NCBI GenBank assembly: GCA_032718475.1
Contig: JAUCBJ010007296.1
Span: forward strand, 1-51,286
Source of the DNA: Nemertoderma westbladi
Lineage: Eukaryota; Animalia; Xenacoelomorpha
Length of the DNA stretch: 51,286 nucleotides
Reading direction: 5' to 3'
Part shown: positions 1-12,301 of the stretch, piece by piece
Layout: each line of letters begins with the position of its first letter
How positions within the stretch are numbered: position 1 is the stretch's first letter
Made by a program: the position numbers and the translations under genes
The notes under the pieces: generated by a model
Told to the model about the DNA's origin: nothing
Database searches by the model: none
Seen by the model: only the letters and a program-made list of their open reading frames with translations

Positions 1-1840
1 CGAATAATCGCATAAACTCTGAATAATAAATATTACGCTACGCGTACAAACTACTCAAACAAAATACAGACCGAACACTGACAGACTACTATCAAGCCTA
101 AACAAACTACGGTATATGCAGACTCCGAAATGATTAGGGAGTATGCGCTCTAACCCAGTAGTGCGACTTATTCTTTAGCTGGGGGATTACCTTACAGCGT
201 TGCTGCCCCTACTTCCTAACCGTACTTAATCGGACAAGTGCTCTACACACACTGCAATTCGTTCGGACTTAACAGCAATCAGACAACAGCTCAGCCTACA
301 AATTGTCTGTACAATCTGATCAGGCTTACACGCCTTCTGTTCAATACTGGCCTACAAATAAATAAAACTTGACAGAAATAAGTAAAATCTCAATAAAAAC
401 CAGGCGTCCCCGATTAATTATTAAGACCTACTGGTATATAACAGTCAAAATCGAATAATACTGCTGTAGGTACCGGTCCGGATGATCAGGCAGTCAGGCC
501 TACTGGTTACCGGTCGACCGGTACTTTCGACTTTATTGCTTACTGCAATAAAGAAGCTATATCCTTTAATGTTCGCGCTTTCAGACCTTTGGCAGTTTAA
601 CCCGCCAAATTAGAATGTCTTCTAGATAATAAATCGCTTTTTAGTCTATGACAAGTATTTGATTCACTACACTAGTCGAAACCAATCCGTGCGCGACCAT
701 TCACCCGCTGGATATTCCCGGGAGATTGGGTTCGACGGTTTAATTTTTATTGCTATGTAAGCCTAATGTATTATTCGACTGACAGTAATATATAATCTCT
801 GACAATATTATTCACCTTCGGTAATATTAACAGTTCCTTTAGGACGTGGCGCTTTATCTATATAAACAGAGTTATGACTTAAACTACTCACAACGATATG
901 GCTTAATTATAATTCACATATATGGCGCATTCTTTAGGAATGCTTCTTTAACAGACTCACTCATACACAATGCTGCACAATACTGCACACTAATCTGACA
1001 ATCTTCACTGATTTTAGTCACATATAAAAGGAACACAGGCTGACTCATGTAGGGTCTATCAAATAACATTAGATTCACTTCAAACCACTTTAACATAAGT
1101 CACAATCGTTTATCTGTAACCCTTCTCTCTTACCTTCGGTATATCAAGAACATTGGGTTTCGGGGTTGTTTATCGTTATTCCAAATATAATAATTCATCA
1201 ACCATATTATGAAGAACTGACGGTAAATAGCAGTATAAAACAACCAGTCAGTACCGGTATGTATTGCACATAGGCATGAGATATTCAAGTAGTCAGTTTG
1301 CAGTCATCAGGTATGTTAAATTGCAGTCCGTTTGTTAAAGGATATATGCCCTTTATAATTAAACCTACCAGTGTACGACTAAAAAGCAGTACAGCACAAA
1401 AATACTTCCAAGCCGTTCTTTCTTTGGCTCAAGACTGAATGAATAAACACTGCACATAGGCATTTCGTCATTTCTCGGAAATTCTCTGTACAAGGAGCCA
1501 CAAAAACGCTCTCATTGGCTGACTGAGCTGAGAGACGCCGTAGAACAAAGGAAATCAACACGTATGAATGTCAGCTGTTAACCGTAGTCATAGTAACTAC
1601 TGTTCAAGAGTAGCTATCACTCCTTTGCGTCACAAATTGCCATAGAATCATAAAATATACCTTTCACAGTACACATACGGAGGAAATAAGTCTTAGATCC
1701 TCTAAAAACACCGATACAGTAATAATACGGTCTCTTACACTTATTAAATCAACTACAGAGTATTTTAATGTAAAAGATAATAAAAATAACGGGGCAATTC
1801 AGCAAAGGCTTTTACACAATTACTATAGCTTCTCAATTCT

Positions 1841-2199
1841 AGAACTGCAGTCCATCACGGCATCAAGACATGTACAGCCAAAAACGTAGTTTACCACATA
1901 GAATGCAATAAATGTAAAGAAGATTATATTGGTGAGACGGTAGGACCGCAGTGAGAGAACGAATAGCAAAACACCGCAACTCCATACGTAATAAAAATAA
2001 ATTCAAGAACAGCACAGTAGGTCAACATTTCAAAGATAAGCACCCACACGACACCAACACCCCTCACCCCTTTAAAATCCGCATCCGTAAACATTGTAAA
2101 GACTGGGTACACCGTAAGTTAACTGAGAAAACGCTAATTATTCGCGAAAGTCCCTCCATGAATATTCAGTACAAGGACGAGTTCGACACAGGTTGGTAA
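1841..2199 (+). pseudogene. Penelope-like retroelement GIY-YIG endonuclease remnant (3' end, frameshifted)
   Basis: The frame from 1862 reads IKTCTAKNVVYHIECNKCKEDYIGET, then shifts frame near 1950 into RERIAKH...STVGQHF...RKLTEKTLI. This is the VVY-x-I-x-C-x2-C-x3-YIGET...R..H pattern of Penelope GIY-YIG domains. Confidence 0.85.
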
Positions 2200-2353
2200 A
2201 TAAATAATTATTGTGCTTTTAAATTTGTGTTAATAATAGGCCGTGCCACCTGAATACCTACAGTATACCAATTGGTGCAATAATCAGTATAGCAGTAGCA
2301 GTAGTTCATAGGAAGTAGTGCGTATAGTTTTAGTAGTGTGTTAGTACAATCTA

Positions 2354-2392
2354 GTTGCTTGAATAATAGCCTGTTGGCCGAAATATCGCAAC
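2354..2392 (+). ncRNA. Candidate degenerate minimal hammerhead ribozyme in the Penelope pseudo-LTR
   Basis: GTTGC/GCAAC outer stem, TTGAATAAT variant core, GCC-tgtt-GGC stem II, then GAAA-TATC with a palindromic ATAT. It lies 155 bp downstream of the GIY-YIG stop. The core deviates from CUGANGA. Confidence 0.5.
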
Positions 2393-3049
2393 AAACTTAA
2401 TTATTTTATTTTATATGTCACTAGTATTGGTCTTCACCCCACCTATATTGACAATATGATCAGAACAGTGACCTGGGCACGGAACTACCTATAATGTGCT
2501 AACTGTTATAATTTTCACAAACAGAGTAGGCCTGCAACCGATTTGTATAGACTATCTGATACGTAATTTGATTAATTTAAAATTTTCCCTAATTTCCAGA
2601 AAATTTGTTTAAATAAGACCTTATTTCCACAAATTATCCAGAAATTCTGTTCGTGCTTTTAGACCGTCAAATTTTATTATCACAGAAATCTCGCTTAAGT
2701 CTGCCAAACGAGTTAACACCCGATATAAATCAGCTAGTGCAGCGTACGACCCGTTAGGGAGCCTGAAATATATCGGCTTACTAGAATTGGGCTGGTTGTA
2801 TCATTCGATTAATTCTCGCTGTATAATTCCTAACAATTAGGTTCACTTAAGGGGTAAGTTTTAACATTTCCGTTTTAGGTGTTGTGTTCTAGATAACAAA
2901 AAATTATATGTATTAAAGTTAAATTACAATTAATATTATACTCTGAGAGTTTTACAAGAACCTACATAGTAACTATAATTCCAAAAAGACTAGCACAGAT
3001 ACAAATAAGAGAAAGCACAACACATTACATAGTTTACAGATTCAGTTTA

Positions 3050-3667
3050 CAGAGTCAGACGAGTGGAGTGATCGGCAATTCAGCTCCATCCTCCGTGTCA
3101 CGTGTCCGTGACCGTGTCAGTGTCCGTGACCACTGTGCCACTTTAGCCTCGACCCCCTGATGAAATGAGAAGCCCCTCGAACTATGGCGAACTGCACACG
3201 GCGGCGAACCCACTCCATGACGGTGCTATAAGGTCTGTCCCAGTTGTGGTGTAACCTATCAGCGAAGATCCTCAGGAGCTTGTTGGCCTGCGGTGCCAGA
3301 ACTCCATCGCAAGAGACTACGAAGGGTGCAAAGTCCGGTCTCCTCTGTCTCGCTGGTTCCACATATAGTGCGGTTTTAACGTCCTCTGCAGATTCTAGGA
3401 CCCTCATCGGGGGGCGTCCCGCATATGCGCGCGTCAAGGTTTACGACCCCGATATCTAACAACGCCTGAGTCTGAGTCCAGTCTGTGGATTGAATGCCCC
3501 TGGAACTCCTACATCACACCAAAGTCCTGCTTCTCCCTCCACTTAATTCAGGCTGGCTCTGACTATGGGTTCCGACTGTCACGTTTCGTGGTCCAAATAC
3601 TAGAGAGGTCAGATCCCCAACAACATGACGGAGTTCATTATAATTTATGTCTTTGGTTTATGAGGCC
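3050..3667 (-). mobile_element. CRE/SLACS-like non-LTR retrotransposon 3' fragment (restriction-like endonuclease), decayed
   Basis: The minus strand gives GLINQRH / NELRH, then GLWCDVGVPGAFNPQ..ALLDIGVVNLDA, then ORF 3117-3437 with FAPFVVSCDGVL...YSTVMEWVRRRVQFAIVRG...IRGSR. This is the typical CRE-clade C-terminus, with stops and frameshifts. Confidence 0.8.
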
Positions 3668-4455
3668 TTTTTTAAATTCCAATTCTTCCAAATTCAATTG
3701 TTATTAATCAAATTTCACAAACATTCAATAATTTGAATTTTAATTGTATCAATGAGGCATTAATTCAATTAAATTGTCAATTAGCAACAATCAGACAATT
3801 AGGCAAACCATAAATATTTCATTAACGATATAGACAGTACAAACAAAACAAATAAACAATAAACAAAACAAGTACACAAAAGGCACTAAACAATTAAAGA
3901 TTACAAAACTCTATAAAGAATTACGGAATTAAAGAGTACAAAATACAATAAACAATTGAATTGAAGTAAACAAACAGCAATAAAACTACCAGTATAAATT
4001 AAAGTAACAAAACGTTATACACTATTTATTAAAGTAAGCAAAACTCATTAAACAATTAAACGTAAATAAAAAAACACAATAAACGCAACTCTGCAGTAGG
4101 CCTACTGACCACAAAATGACTGAATGAGTCATTTATTGGCGATGAATCATGTGACTGATTTTTATTGCAATGCGTGTCAAGCACCACTAAAGTTCTTATT
4201 AAATTTTTGTCAAGTTATAAAGTCACCGAAAGTATGTTCTAGGTATACAAAATTTGTTAAGAATTTGTTAAGTGCATTGCATGATAAGTGCCCACCCAAA
4301 TATTTCTTAAAATCTATACTGTACTTGGCAAGTATTTTTTAATTCCTTAACAAATAATGCAAAATGTGGTAATTGTAAAAATTTAGTAAAATTATCATGC
4401 CAGTACCTTGCCATTAGGTAGTACTTTACTAATATGATAAGATTCTCAACCCGGG

Positions 4456-4709
4456 CAGTCTGTGCCTCAGTGAGGCATAGTCTGTGCCTCAGTGCCTCAG
4501 TGATGCATAGTCTGTGCCACAGTGAGGCATAGTCTATGCCTCAGTGAGGCATAGTCTATGCCTCAGTGAGGCATAGTCTATGCCTCAGTGATGCATATTC
4601 TGTGCCTCAGTGAGGCATGGTCTGCGCCTCAGTGAGGCATAGTCTGTGCCTCAGTGCCTCAGTGAGGCATAGTCTGTGCCTCAGTGCCTCAGTGAGGCAT
4701 AGTCTGTGT
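4456..4709. repeat. 22-bp palindromic minisatellite, about 10 units
   Basis: Unit atagtct(a/g)tgcctcagtgaggc; contains the palindrome ctatgcctca-g-tgaggcatag. Some units carry an extra tgcctcag. Confidence 0.95.
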
Positions 4710-4768
4710 CAGGTCTTAAATGAGAGTCTTACAAATTCGAACGGCAACGAACAAATTCGATGGTTACT

Positions 4769-4857
4769 GTTCCACCTTGGTGTAGTGGTTGCATTGAATT
4801 CACATCTCCCGTATGTCATGAGTTCGATCCCCGCATGAACCAGGGCAATTTTCGTTC
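4769..4857 (+). mobile_element. tRNA-derived SINE head (copy 1)
   Basis: A-box TGGTGTAGTGG and B-box GAGTTCGATCC; clearly homologous to the reverse-strand copy at 28080-28173. Confidence 0.75.
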
Positions 4858-6013
4858 GGTCAGCAATAGGCCTAACTTTGCAAAATGCAGTATTATTGCC
4901 TAGTAACAAATTCATGGCTACTATATGGTTTTCACTTTGAGATATTTCACCCTCTATCGGTAGACTGGGGAACTTCAGACTACTCTGTGACTCTGCAAAA
5001 GATATAGCCTATGCCGTAGTAGATGCCGATTGGGGGGTCAAATTAAGTAATAATATATCTTAATAAGTCTCAACATCTTGCCTCATGGCTCGCCCAGCAG
5101 AACTCTTAAGCAATATGGCTTCATAGTTTTTAAGGAAAACTGGTAAACGAGATTTGTTAATTACGCATACCTCGCAGTCTTAAGTAATTAATTATACAGT
5201 AGGTTAGATCGTTTTGAGAATAGGGCCATTGGAAACAGCGCCCTCGATAACCTCAGTACAAAGAAAATTAATACAGATTAACCGGATATAGCTTGTTATT
5301 ATAAAACATAAATTATAATACAGTAGAACAATTAGGGTTGTAAATAAAAACCAAATCGTTGTTTGAATAGCTGATTTCTGAATGTGCCATCAGAAATGTG
5401 TACCGGTAACTCGTTTAGGAAATAAAAATAAATAAATACTTTTAAGAAAATAACTAAAACTTTTCAGGAAAACAATAAGATAATGAATGGGAATGCAGTG
5501 AACGGGTGGCTATTATAGTGGGGATAGAATGGGATAGCCAATCGTGGGATAGGAGTGATAAAAGAATGTATAATTAAACCAATCAGAGAGCAGCTTTTAT
5601 GACGTCATACGAGGCGAGATAATGTTTGCCCAATGTTATTCAATGGTAGCCAGAGTGGCGCCATTGAATAACGAAAACAAAGGGGGTCGCGAGAGGAAAG
5701 ATTATAAAGTTAACGGTATGGGATCTATAAACCATCGATCTAAATATAGACATTATGTCATAGTGATGTCATTTAGCAATGGTAAGTAATATAAAAACTA
5801 ATTATTGATAATTCTAAAAATAGAAATCAATGTATAAAGTAAAAGTAATACAATTAATTAATTTAAAATAAAGTACAAATAAATAATTATTTAAAATTAA
5901 ATACAAATAAATAAGTAACAATAAATACAATTAAATAAATTAAAATTAAATACAAATACAAATAAATAAGAATTAATAAATAAAAGAGCTGCGGTGTCAC
6001 TTATGACACCCTC

Positions 6014-6266
6014 TTGGTCCTCTAGGCGACAGTTAGACATCACTGACACCATTGTGTATCTGATTGATTAATTAGGATAATCAATTAAACCCTAATTAGG
6101 AGTCGTAAGACACCTATTATGGTTTAATTGTACTAATTAATTGATGACACCTGTCAATTAGGGTCTAATTAGCCTAATAAGGTGTCACCCAGACAGTCTG
6201 GCGCCAATGACACCCAAAGGTGTAATTGGGCTGTCAGTGGGGTCTAACTGTCACCGAGAGGACCAA
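6014..6266. mobile_element. MITE with about 37-bp imperfect TIRs
   Basis: Left end ttggtcctctaggcgacagttagacatcactgaca versus reverse complement of the right end ttggtcctctcggtgacagttagaccccactgaca; internal tgacacc/ggtgtca repeats; no TSD resolved. Confidence 0.75.
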
Positions 6267-6761
6267 TACTCTACTACTAGCGGTCTCACATAGGATTTCT
6301 AAGCCGTTAATGCACTCAAGTTACTAGTCTGAAAGCACCTGAAAATTAAGTTTGCAATTTTGCAAGTTTTTGCAGCTTGCAATTTGTTAGGCGACCGTGT
6401 AGTGGTCGGTAACAATGTTCAGTAGGCCACTGTCTGTACGTGACAGCAAGCAATGTAGGCCTGTCTGTCTGTGGTGTAAGAAACAAGATGTATGACATAC
6501 GACAGTCTGTACTTCTATTCTGACAGTCTACTGTAATCATATTACACAGTAAGCTGCACGGTACAAAGGTGCTATATTATGTTAGGTCCTCATTCCTAGT
6601 ATCCTAACATCACCCCCACACAAAATGATTTGTTATACTGTATGTATAATAAAGTTTTGAATTATGGGTATTCTACGTATCTCGAGTTTATCCACACATA
6701 TAATTCTTCAACCAGTATATGTTGTTATATTTAGTTCAAGTTCGTATAATTATTGAATTCG

Positions 6762-7907
6762 TCAAACAGTATATTGTTTCCCACTTCGCAATGTTTTTAT
6801 TACTTGACCTTGACCTTGAGTCTGTCCCGGTTCCCGCATTGCTGGATACTGAGATTGTCCCTGTGAAATAGGATCAACCGAAGTACCTTCCTGTGTGGAT
6901 CCTTGGGTCGGTTCCATGATGTCACCACGTCCTGTTGCTAGTGGTAGACCGCCGGTTGGTACTCTTTTACCACTTCCGACACTGGGACCTGCTCCAGCGT
7001 GACGGCTCATCGTAGTAGTTGGATTCGAATTGGTAATGTATGTGGTACCTTCTTTGTCATTCCATGGGTTGTATCGACTCCTTATTTGGTTAACATTGCG
7101 TTTGACCAAAATATCACCAACTTTAACCATGTATACTCGCGATCCAATCCTTTTTATTATTCGTCCCGGGAGCCACTTTACAATTATTTGCCCCCTACCC
7201 GGTCGACTATAGTTTTTTATCCAGACCGCTTCACCGATCTCGAATTTTCCACTTGTTTCGTCGCTTTTGTTACTCATCACTGGATATTCCAATAACCGTT
7301 CTAACCGAGTCTTTGTAGGATATTGGAAAATTGATTCGTTCGGGGTTTTTCCTCTTGGTGTGTACAGTGAATTTCTATCCTGCATTAGGAAATTACTGAT
7401 CTTATCTTGTACAGTATCGTTTTCGATACTGAACTTTTGTTTCTTCATCGAGTTCTTTATACTTTGCACGGTTCTTTCAGCAGCACCATTTGAAGTTGGT
7501 GAATAGAATGCGGAACTCCAATGAGTTATACCGTTGTCTGTAAAGAAACTTTCTATTTCTGTTGAAATGAACTGTGGTCCATTATCACTAAATATTATCG
7601 CCGGAATTCCTGTAAATGCAAACATATTATTCATTTCTGTTATAATTATAGAAGACTTTGCATTCTTTAATACTCGGGCATCTTTCCAACCAGAATACGT
7701 ATCAACCATACCTAAAATCGTATGTTCTTCGAAATCTGCTAAATCTGTGTGAATTCGTTCAAATGCTGCCTTAGCTGTTGGTAATGACACATATTCTTGA
7801 GGTGGACTGTTGGCGAATTGTTGACATGGTGTACACTCTTTGATGAATAACTTTATATCATCTACTATACCAGGCCACCAACAGTTGTCTGCTGCTTTTG
7901 TGAGCAT
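6762..7907 (-). pseudogene. Gypsy integrase (in frame with pol after a premature stop)
   Basis: WWPGI...CTPCQ, RIHTD, SDNGPQF, SNGAAERTV (DDE) and a GPY/F-like KWLPG module. Confidence 0.92.
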
Positions 7908-7910
7908 TCT

Positions 7911-10487
7911 TCATTCTCCGATGTGTGCGGAATGTAGTTCCTTCATTACATGTGCCTGTAAGCTGGATGGTATTATAATTCGATTACCACGCATAATTAT
8001 TCCTTCTTTGATTGTAAGTTCAAATTCAATAGCTTTGTAATGACGTAACTCAGGATTATTTGTTTGTATCTTTTCGCCATATTCGACTGTGCGTTTCAAA
8101 TGATGCAATCCCGGATCAGCCTCAGCAGCATCTTGTAATCCTTGTTTGGTTAAAGGAATGTCTACTATATTTTGTTCCTGTTGTAGGTCCATAGCTCGAA
8201 TGTCTATATCTGATTTATCCTTGTAAATATTATCTTTGGTCGCAGGTGTAAGTCTTGATAATGCATCAGCAATATTCTCTTCTGAACTAATAGCTGTAAC
8301 TGTGTAGTTATGAGCTGCTAGCTCAACAGCCCAGTGTTGTAACCTTGAAACAGTCGTAGCAGGAAGCGCTTTTAATGGACCAAATATTCGTTTGAGTGGT
8401 CTGTTATCGGTAACGATTGTAAACTTATGACCGATTAAGAATTGCTGGAATTTTCTTGTACCAAACATTATAGCAAGTGCTTCCCTGTCGAGCTGGCTAT
8501 ATTTTCTCTGATGCGTATCAAGTGTAGCTGATGCAAAAGCAACTGGTGTGAATTCACTTTTCTCATTAATCTGCCCCAATATGGCAGATACAGCCTTTTC
8601 AGACGCATCGGTGATTAATTCCGTTTTCAACGATGGATTAAAGTGAACCAGTAGTGTACAATTCGATATGGCCTCCTTCACATTATTGTATGCATTGTTG
8701 GCTTCTTTTGACCATTCAAATGGTGTATCTTTCTGTAGTAATTTATACAATGGGTTGGATATCTCCGCGTATTTGTGTACATACTTCCGTAAATAATTCA
8801 TAAAACCCAATGCACTTTGTAATTCTTTCTTTGTGGATGGAGGTTTCATATCCCTGACTGCTTGTACCTTCTTTGGATCTGGCAAAAATCCTTTGCTTGT
8901 AATTATATGCCCACAGAATTCCACTTCTGACTTCACAAATGAACATTTCTTCATTCCTATTGTAAGTCCAGCTTCCCTAAGTGCTGTAAACACTGTCTGG
9001 AGATCCCGTAAGTGCTCTTCCATATTGTTAGAAGCTATTAGAAACTCGTCCATGTATGATACTGAAATGTATTTGCTCAATGTACAATGAACAACTTTAA
9101 GACATTTGGCTGCAGCTGGAGTGATTCCATATGGCAACCTTGTAGGTTTTAACAATCCTAATGGTGTCGCTAATGTAAGCAGCGCTTGGCTTTCTTTATC
9201 GATTGGCAATTGGTTGTAAGCTTGTGCCATATCCAACTTCGTAAAAATTGTCTTGCCCTGCAGTTTGGCGGACATTTCCTCTTGAGACATTAAAGGGAAA
9301 TAATCTTCTATGAGGTACTGATTTACAGTGCTCTTATAGTCCCCACAGATTCTGACGGATCCATCGTTTTTAGGCATAATTACTAATGGTGTAGCCCAAT
9401 CAATGTTTTCTCCCTCATCTGTATGTACTAGACATCCTTCTTTTATGTCAATCTTTAATTGTTCTATGACTTTATCCTTGTATGCATGTGGGACTGATCT
9501 TGAATGAAGGAATTTGGGATTTGTGTTTGATGTTTTGATCCTAATTTGTAAAGGTTCTCCCTTATAACATCCCACACCAGTTAGAACCTCTGTAAATTCT
9601 TGTAACATGGTTTGTAACCGATATGGTAGATCTTTCGTGTCTAACTGAGTATTTTGGATTTTAATATCCTGTTGTAACAACTCATCAATACTAGTTCCGC
9701 GGTGCACTAAATGTTGTAGCCAATATAGACCAAATAATGGTGAATTTTCGGTTTCACTCTCCTCTGCAATAATTAGCGGCATATTTTCTAACTTTGCCAC
9801 ATTTGTACCTGGGAATTCAACCACAATGTAAATGACTCCCTTGATCCTGGCAGTTCCTTTGCAGTATCCACGTAACTTTGAAGGACAATCATGTAATTGT
9901 ATATCTTGGAACTGTTCAACGTATTTGTTGTATGGTAATATGCTATGCTTAGCGCCAGGATCGAATTCCATTTGTATTTTCTTATTATTTATAAGAATAT
10001 CTAGTTGAATCGAATTGACTTTGGGTAAAGTCACTGTATTAATCTCAACTTCATTGCCTAAATCCTGTAAAATACATGTATGTTTCATGAATAAATTGTC
10101 ATTGTACTCTCCTTCATCTATGTCAACCATTCCAACTGAGCCTCTTTGACTGTTTGGCTTTAAACTGATTAGATCTGGTTGCATTACGTTTTTTAAAACA
10201 TGCCGTTTCAACATGTCCCTTAGCTTTGCAATATCGGCATATGATATGTTCTGGCATTCTGCATTCTGTAATTTTATGGCCTGTTTTCCACAACGGTAGC
10301 AAGTAATCTGCCTACTTTGACTAACCTGGTGGTTGTGAAGTATATGAACTTGAACTACCTCTGCTAGTTCCTCCACGGTATCCTCCACGACCCCGGCTGT
10401 TTCCAAACCGACCACGATTGGAGGATCCTTGGTCTCTCTGACTTGTATTAACACGTTGTATCTCAATCTCTGATTTGTTTCTATCAT
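7911..10487 (-). pseudogene. Gypsy pol: protease, reverse transcriptase, RNase H
   Basis: FDPGA (DTGA variant), WATPLV, RICGDYK, KLDMAQAYNQ, RLPYGI, YMDE (YxDD altered), TDAS, YSQLDREALA, TDNRPL, ADALSR. It ends in an in-frame TGA inside the integrase zinc finger. Confidence 0.92.
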
Positions 10488-11043
10488 ACGCTATGTTGCG
10501 AGCTTCCTCAAAGCTAATTGCCATATTTAGCGCTTCAGGGAATGTATCTTCCTGCTTTTGTATCAATTCGGTTGCAACATGATTATTTATTAAACCAGCA
10601 GTCAGCTGTTCTCGTAATTGGCCATCCAAATCTGTAAATTGACAATCTCTGGCAAGGTTACGCAATCTTTTTGCATAATCTGTAATGCTTTCCTCTTTTT
10701 GCTGTGTACACAGTCTGAATTTTCTCCTTGCTGCTTCCTTGGACTTGCCTTTGCGATAGTAAGTTGTAATGGTATCCAACAATGTATCGATTGGATCCTT
10801 TGTAATATCTGCTGGATATCGTAAATCATTCAGCAGATCTAATGTTGCTAAACCGCAGTTCGAAATGAATATATCTGTCTTGGCTTGTTCTTCTTCTAAT
10901 GCTGTCATTGCTGTATTGTCCGGTTTCACCCAGTTTGTAGTTCTGAGAATCGTACGGAACATAACCAAGTATGTCTCCCACCGGTCTTTCTCAGGGTTAA
11001 AAGGAGCACAAACGTTACTGTATTTAACGCCTCTGTAAGCCAT
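10321..11043 (-). pseudogene. Gypsy gag (frameshifted before the zinc knuckles)
   Basis: F..Q...ESITDYAKRLRNLARDCQF...LREQLTAGL gag motif. Two CCHC knuckles (CYRCGK/TGHKITEC and CRYCKAKGHVETAC) are recoverable across frameshifts at about 10200-10320. Confidence 0.9.
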
Positions 11044-11429
11044 TGTAATTTGTTGGCTAACTGTATTATTGTTGTATTGCTGAAATTCTATTAGTAACTT
11101 GCTGTGGCTGACTGTAGCGTAGCCTGTAGACTGTCAACTGTATAGTATTGCACTGTATTGTACAACTGTAGCTGTACTACCGGTACTGTAGACTGTAGGT
11201 AGGTAGGAGTGTAGGCCTACCGGTTTCCGGTCCGGTCAGACGGTACAGTTCAATCTTTGCCGTTTCATCTTCTGTATTGAAGAACACCAACGCATTATAA
11301 TTAAATGTACATAAGGTATACCGGTAATTAAATTAATAATTGAGTTTATATTTATCGCAGCGCCAATTTGTGCGCAAATCAAATTTTAAGTTCACGTTAA
11401 GTTCAAGTTTTTTTAATCACAATATAACA

Positions 11430-12301
11430 ATCCAATCAATGCCAGCAACAATTACTTCTGGTATTCCATAAGCTCTTAGGATTTCAAGCATTTTTCCTCT
11501 ATGGATGGAGTCAAATGCCTTCTTGAAGTCCACAAAAGTCATGACTGCGGGGAGATTCTTCGACTTAATTCCTTCAATCAGTCTCCGTAGTGCAAGTATC
11601 TGAGCTATTGTTGATCTACTTGGTCGAAATCCGTTTTGGCTCTTACGCAGTAGTTTCTCTATGTGAGACCTAATCCTATATAGAATCATTTTATTGTATA
11701 TTTTGGCAGCTACCACAAGCAGACAGATCCCACGATAGTTTGTTGGTATGCCGAGGTCTCCTTTCTTGGGGAGAGACTTTAGTTGACCTTTAGTCCAAAT
11801 TGGTGGTGGCTTTTCCCCTTTTAACATCCGGTTGCAAACATTCAATAATGGTCTGTTTAGCACTCCGGTTTTCCATACCTCCGCTGGGATATCATCTAAT
11901 CCACTCGCTTTATTATTGGACATGCTTTTAATGCTTCTTTGGAGTTCGGCAGGTGTGAAGTTCCCTGTTTCTATAGGTAGTGTCTAGTCATATATTTTCC
12001 TTGTAGGGCTGACCTCGATGTTTGGTGGCTGCCCAAGAAAGTTGATTTTTCTACTTCCCAACACGTTCTTCAGGACTATCGGCTTTGAGACGCCCCTTTG
12101 CACAACTTTTCCGACCAGATACCTCATTTACAGTCAGCCAGGTAAGTCTTGATTGTTGCTGTATGTGAGCAGTTGTAATTGCTTCAATTTTATCCTGTAT
12201 GTACTTTTCCTGGCTGATGTTGTAGGCCAATTTAACATCGTCCTTAGCTTTCTCAACCTTGTTAATGTTTTCAGTTGTTGGTTGTTCGGTTTTAACTTTG
12301 T
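11430..12301 (-). mobile_element. RTE-clade LINE, RT-proximal part (downstream half of the interrupted copy)
   Basis: KASGLDDIPAEVWK, LPKKGDL..PTNYRGI, QNGFR..RST, FVDFKKAFDSI, YGIP; truncated at the Gypsy boundary. Confidence 0.9.

Larger units (their letters stand above)
6385..11429 (-). mobile_element. Ty3/Gypsy LTR retrotransposon (Mag/K02A2.6-like), near full length, mildly decayed
   Basis: Order gag-PR-RT-RNaseH-IN. PBS-like TGGCGCTGCGA at 11365-11355; PPT-like GTGGGGGTGA at 6619-6610 followed by TGTTAGG. The LTR limits are uncertain and the two ends do not match. Confidence 0.9.

Noticed and set aside
675-736. Small hairpin gtcgaaaccaatc...gattgggttcgac as an ncRNA
   Set aside because: Short imperfect inverted repeat with no family features; at most a tiny MITE relic.
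4456-4709. CRISPR-like palindromic repeats (also 19364-19905 and 49211-49607)
   Set aside because: No unique spacers, no cas genes, eukaryotic context.
4769-4857. Functional tRNA genes (also 28080-28173 and the B-box at about 45490)
   Set aside because: A/B boxes are present but no convincing cloverleaf; the copies are diverged and share 3' extensions, which fits SINEs.
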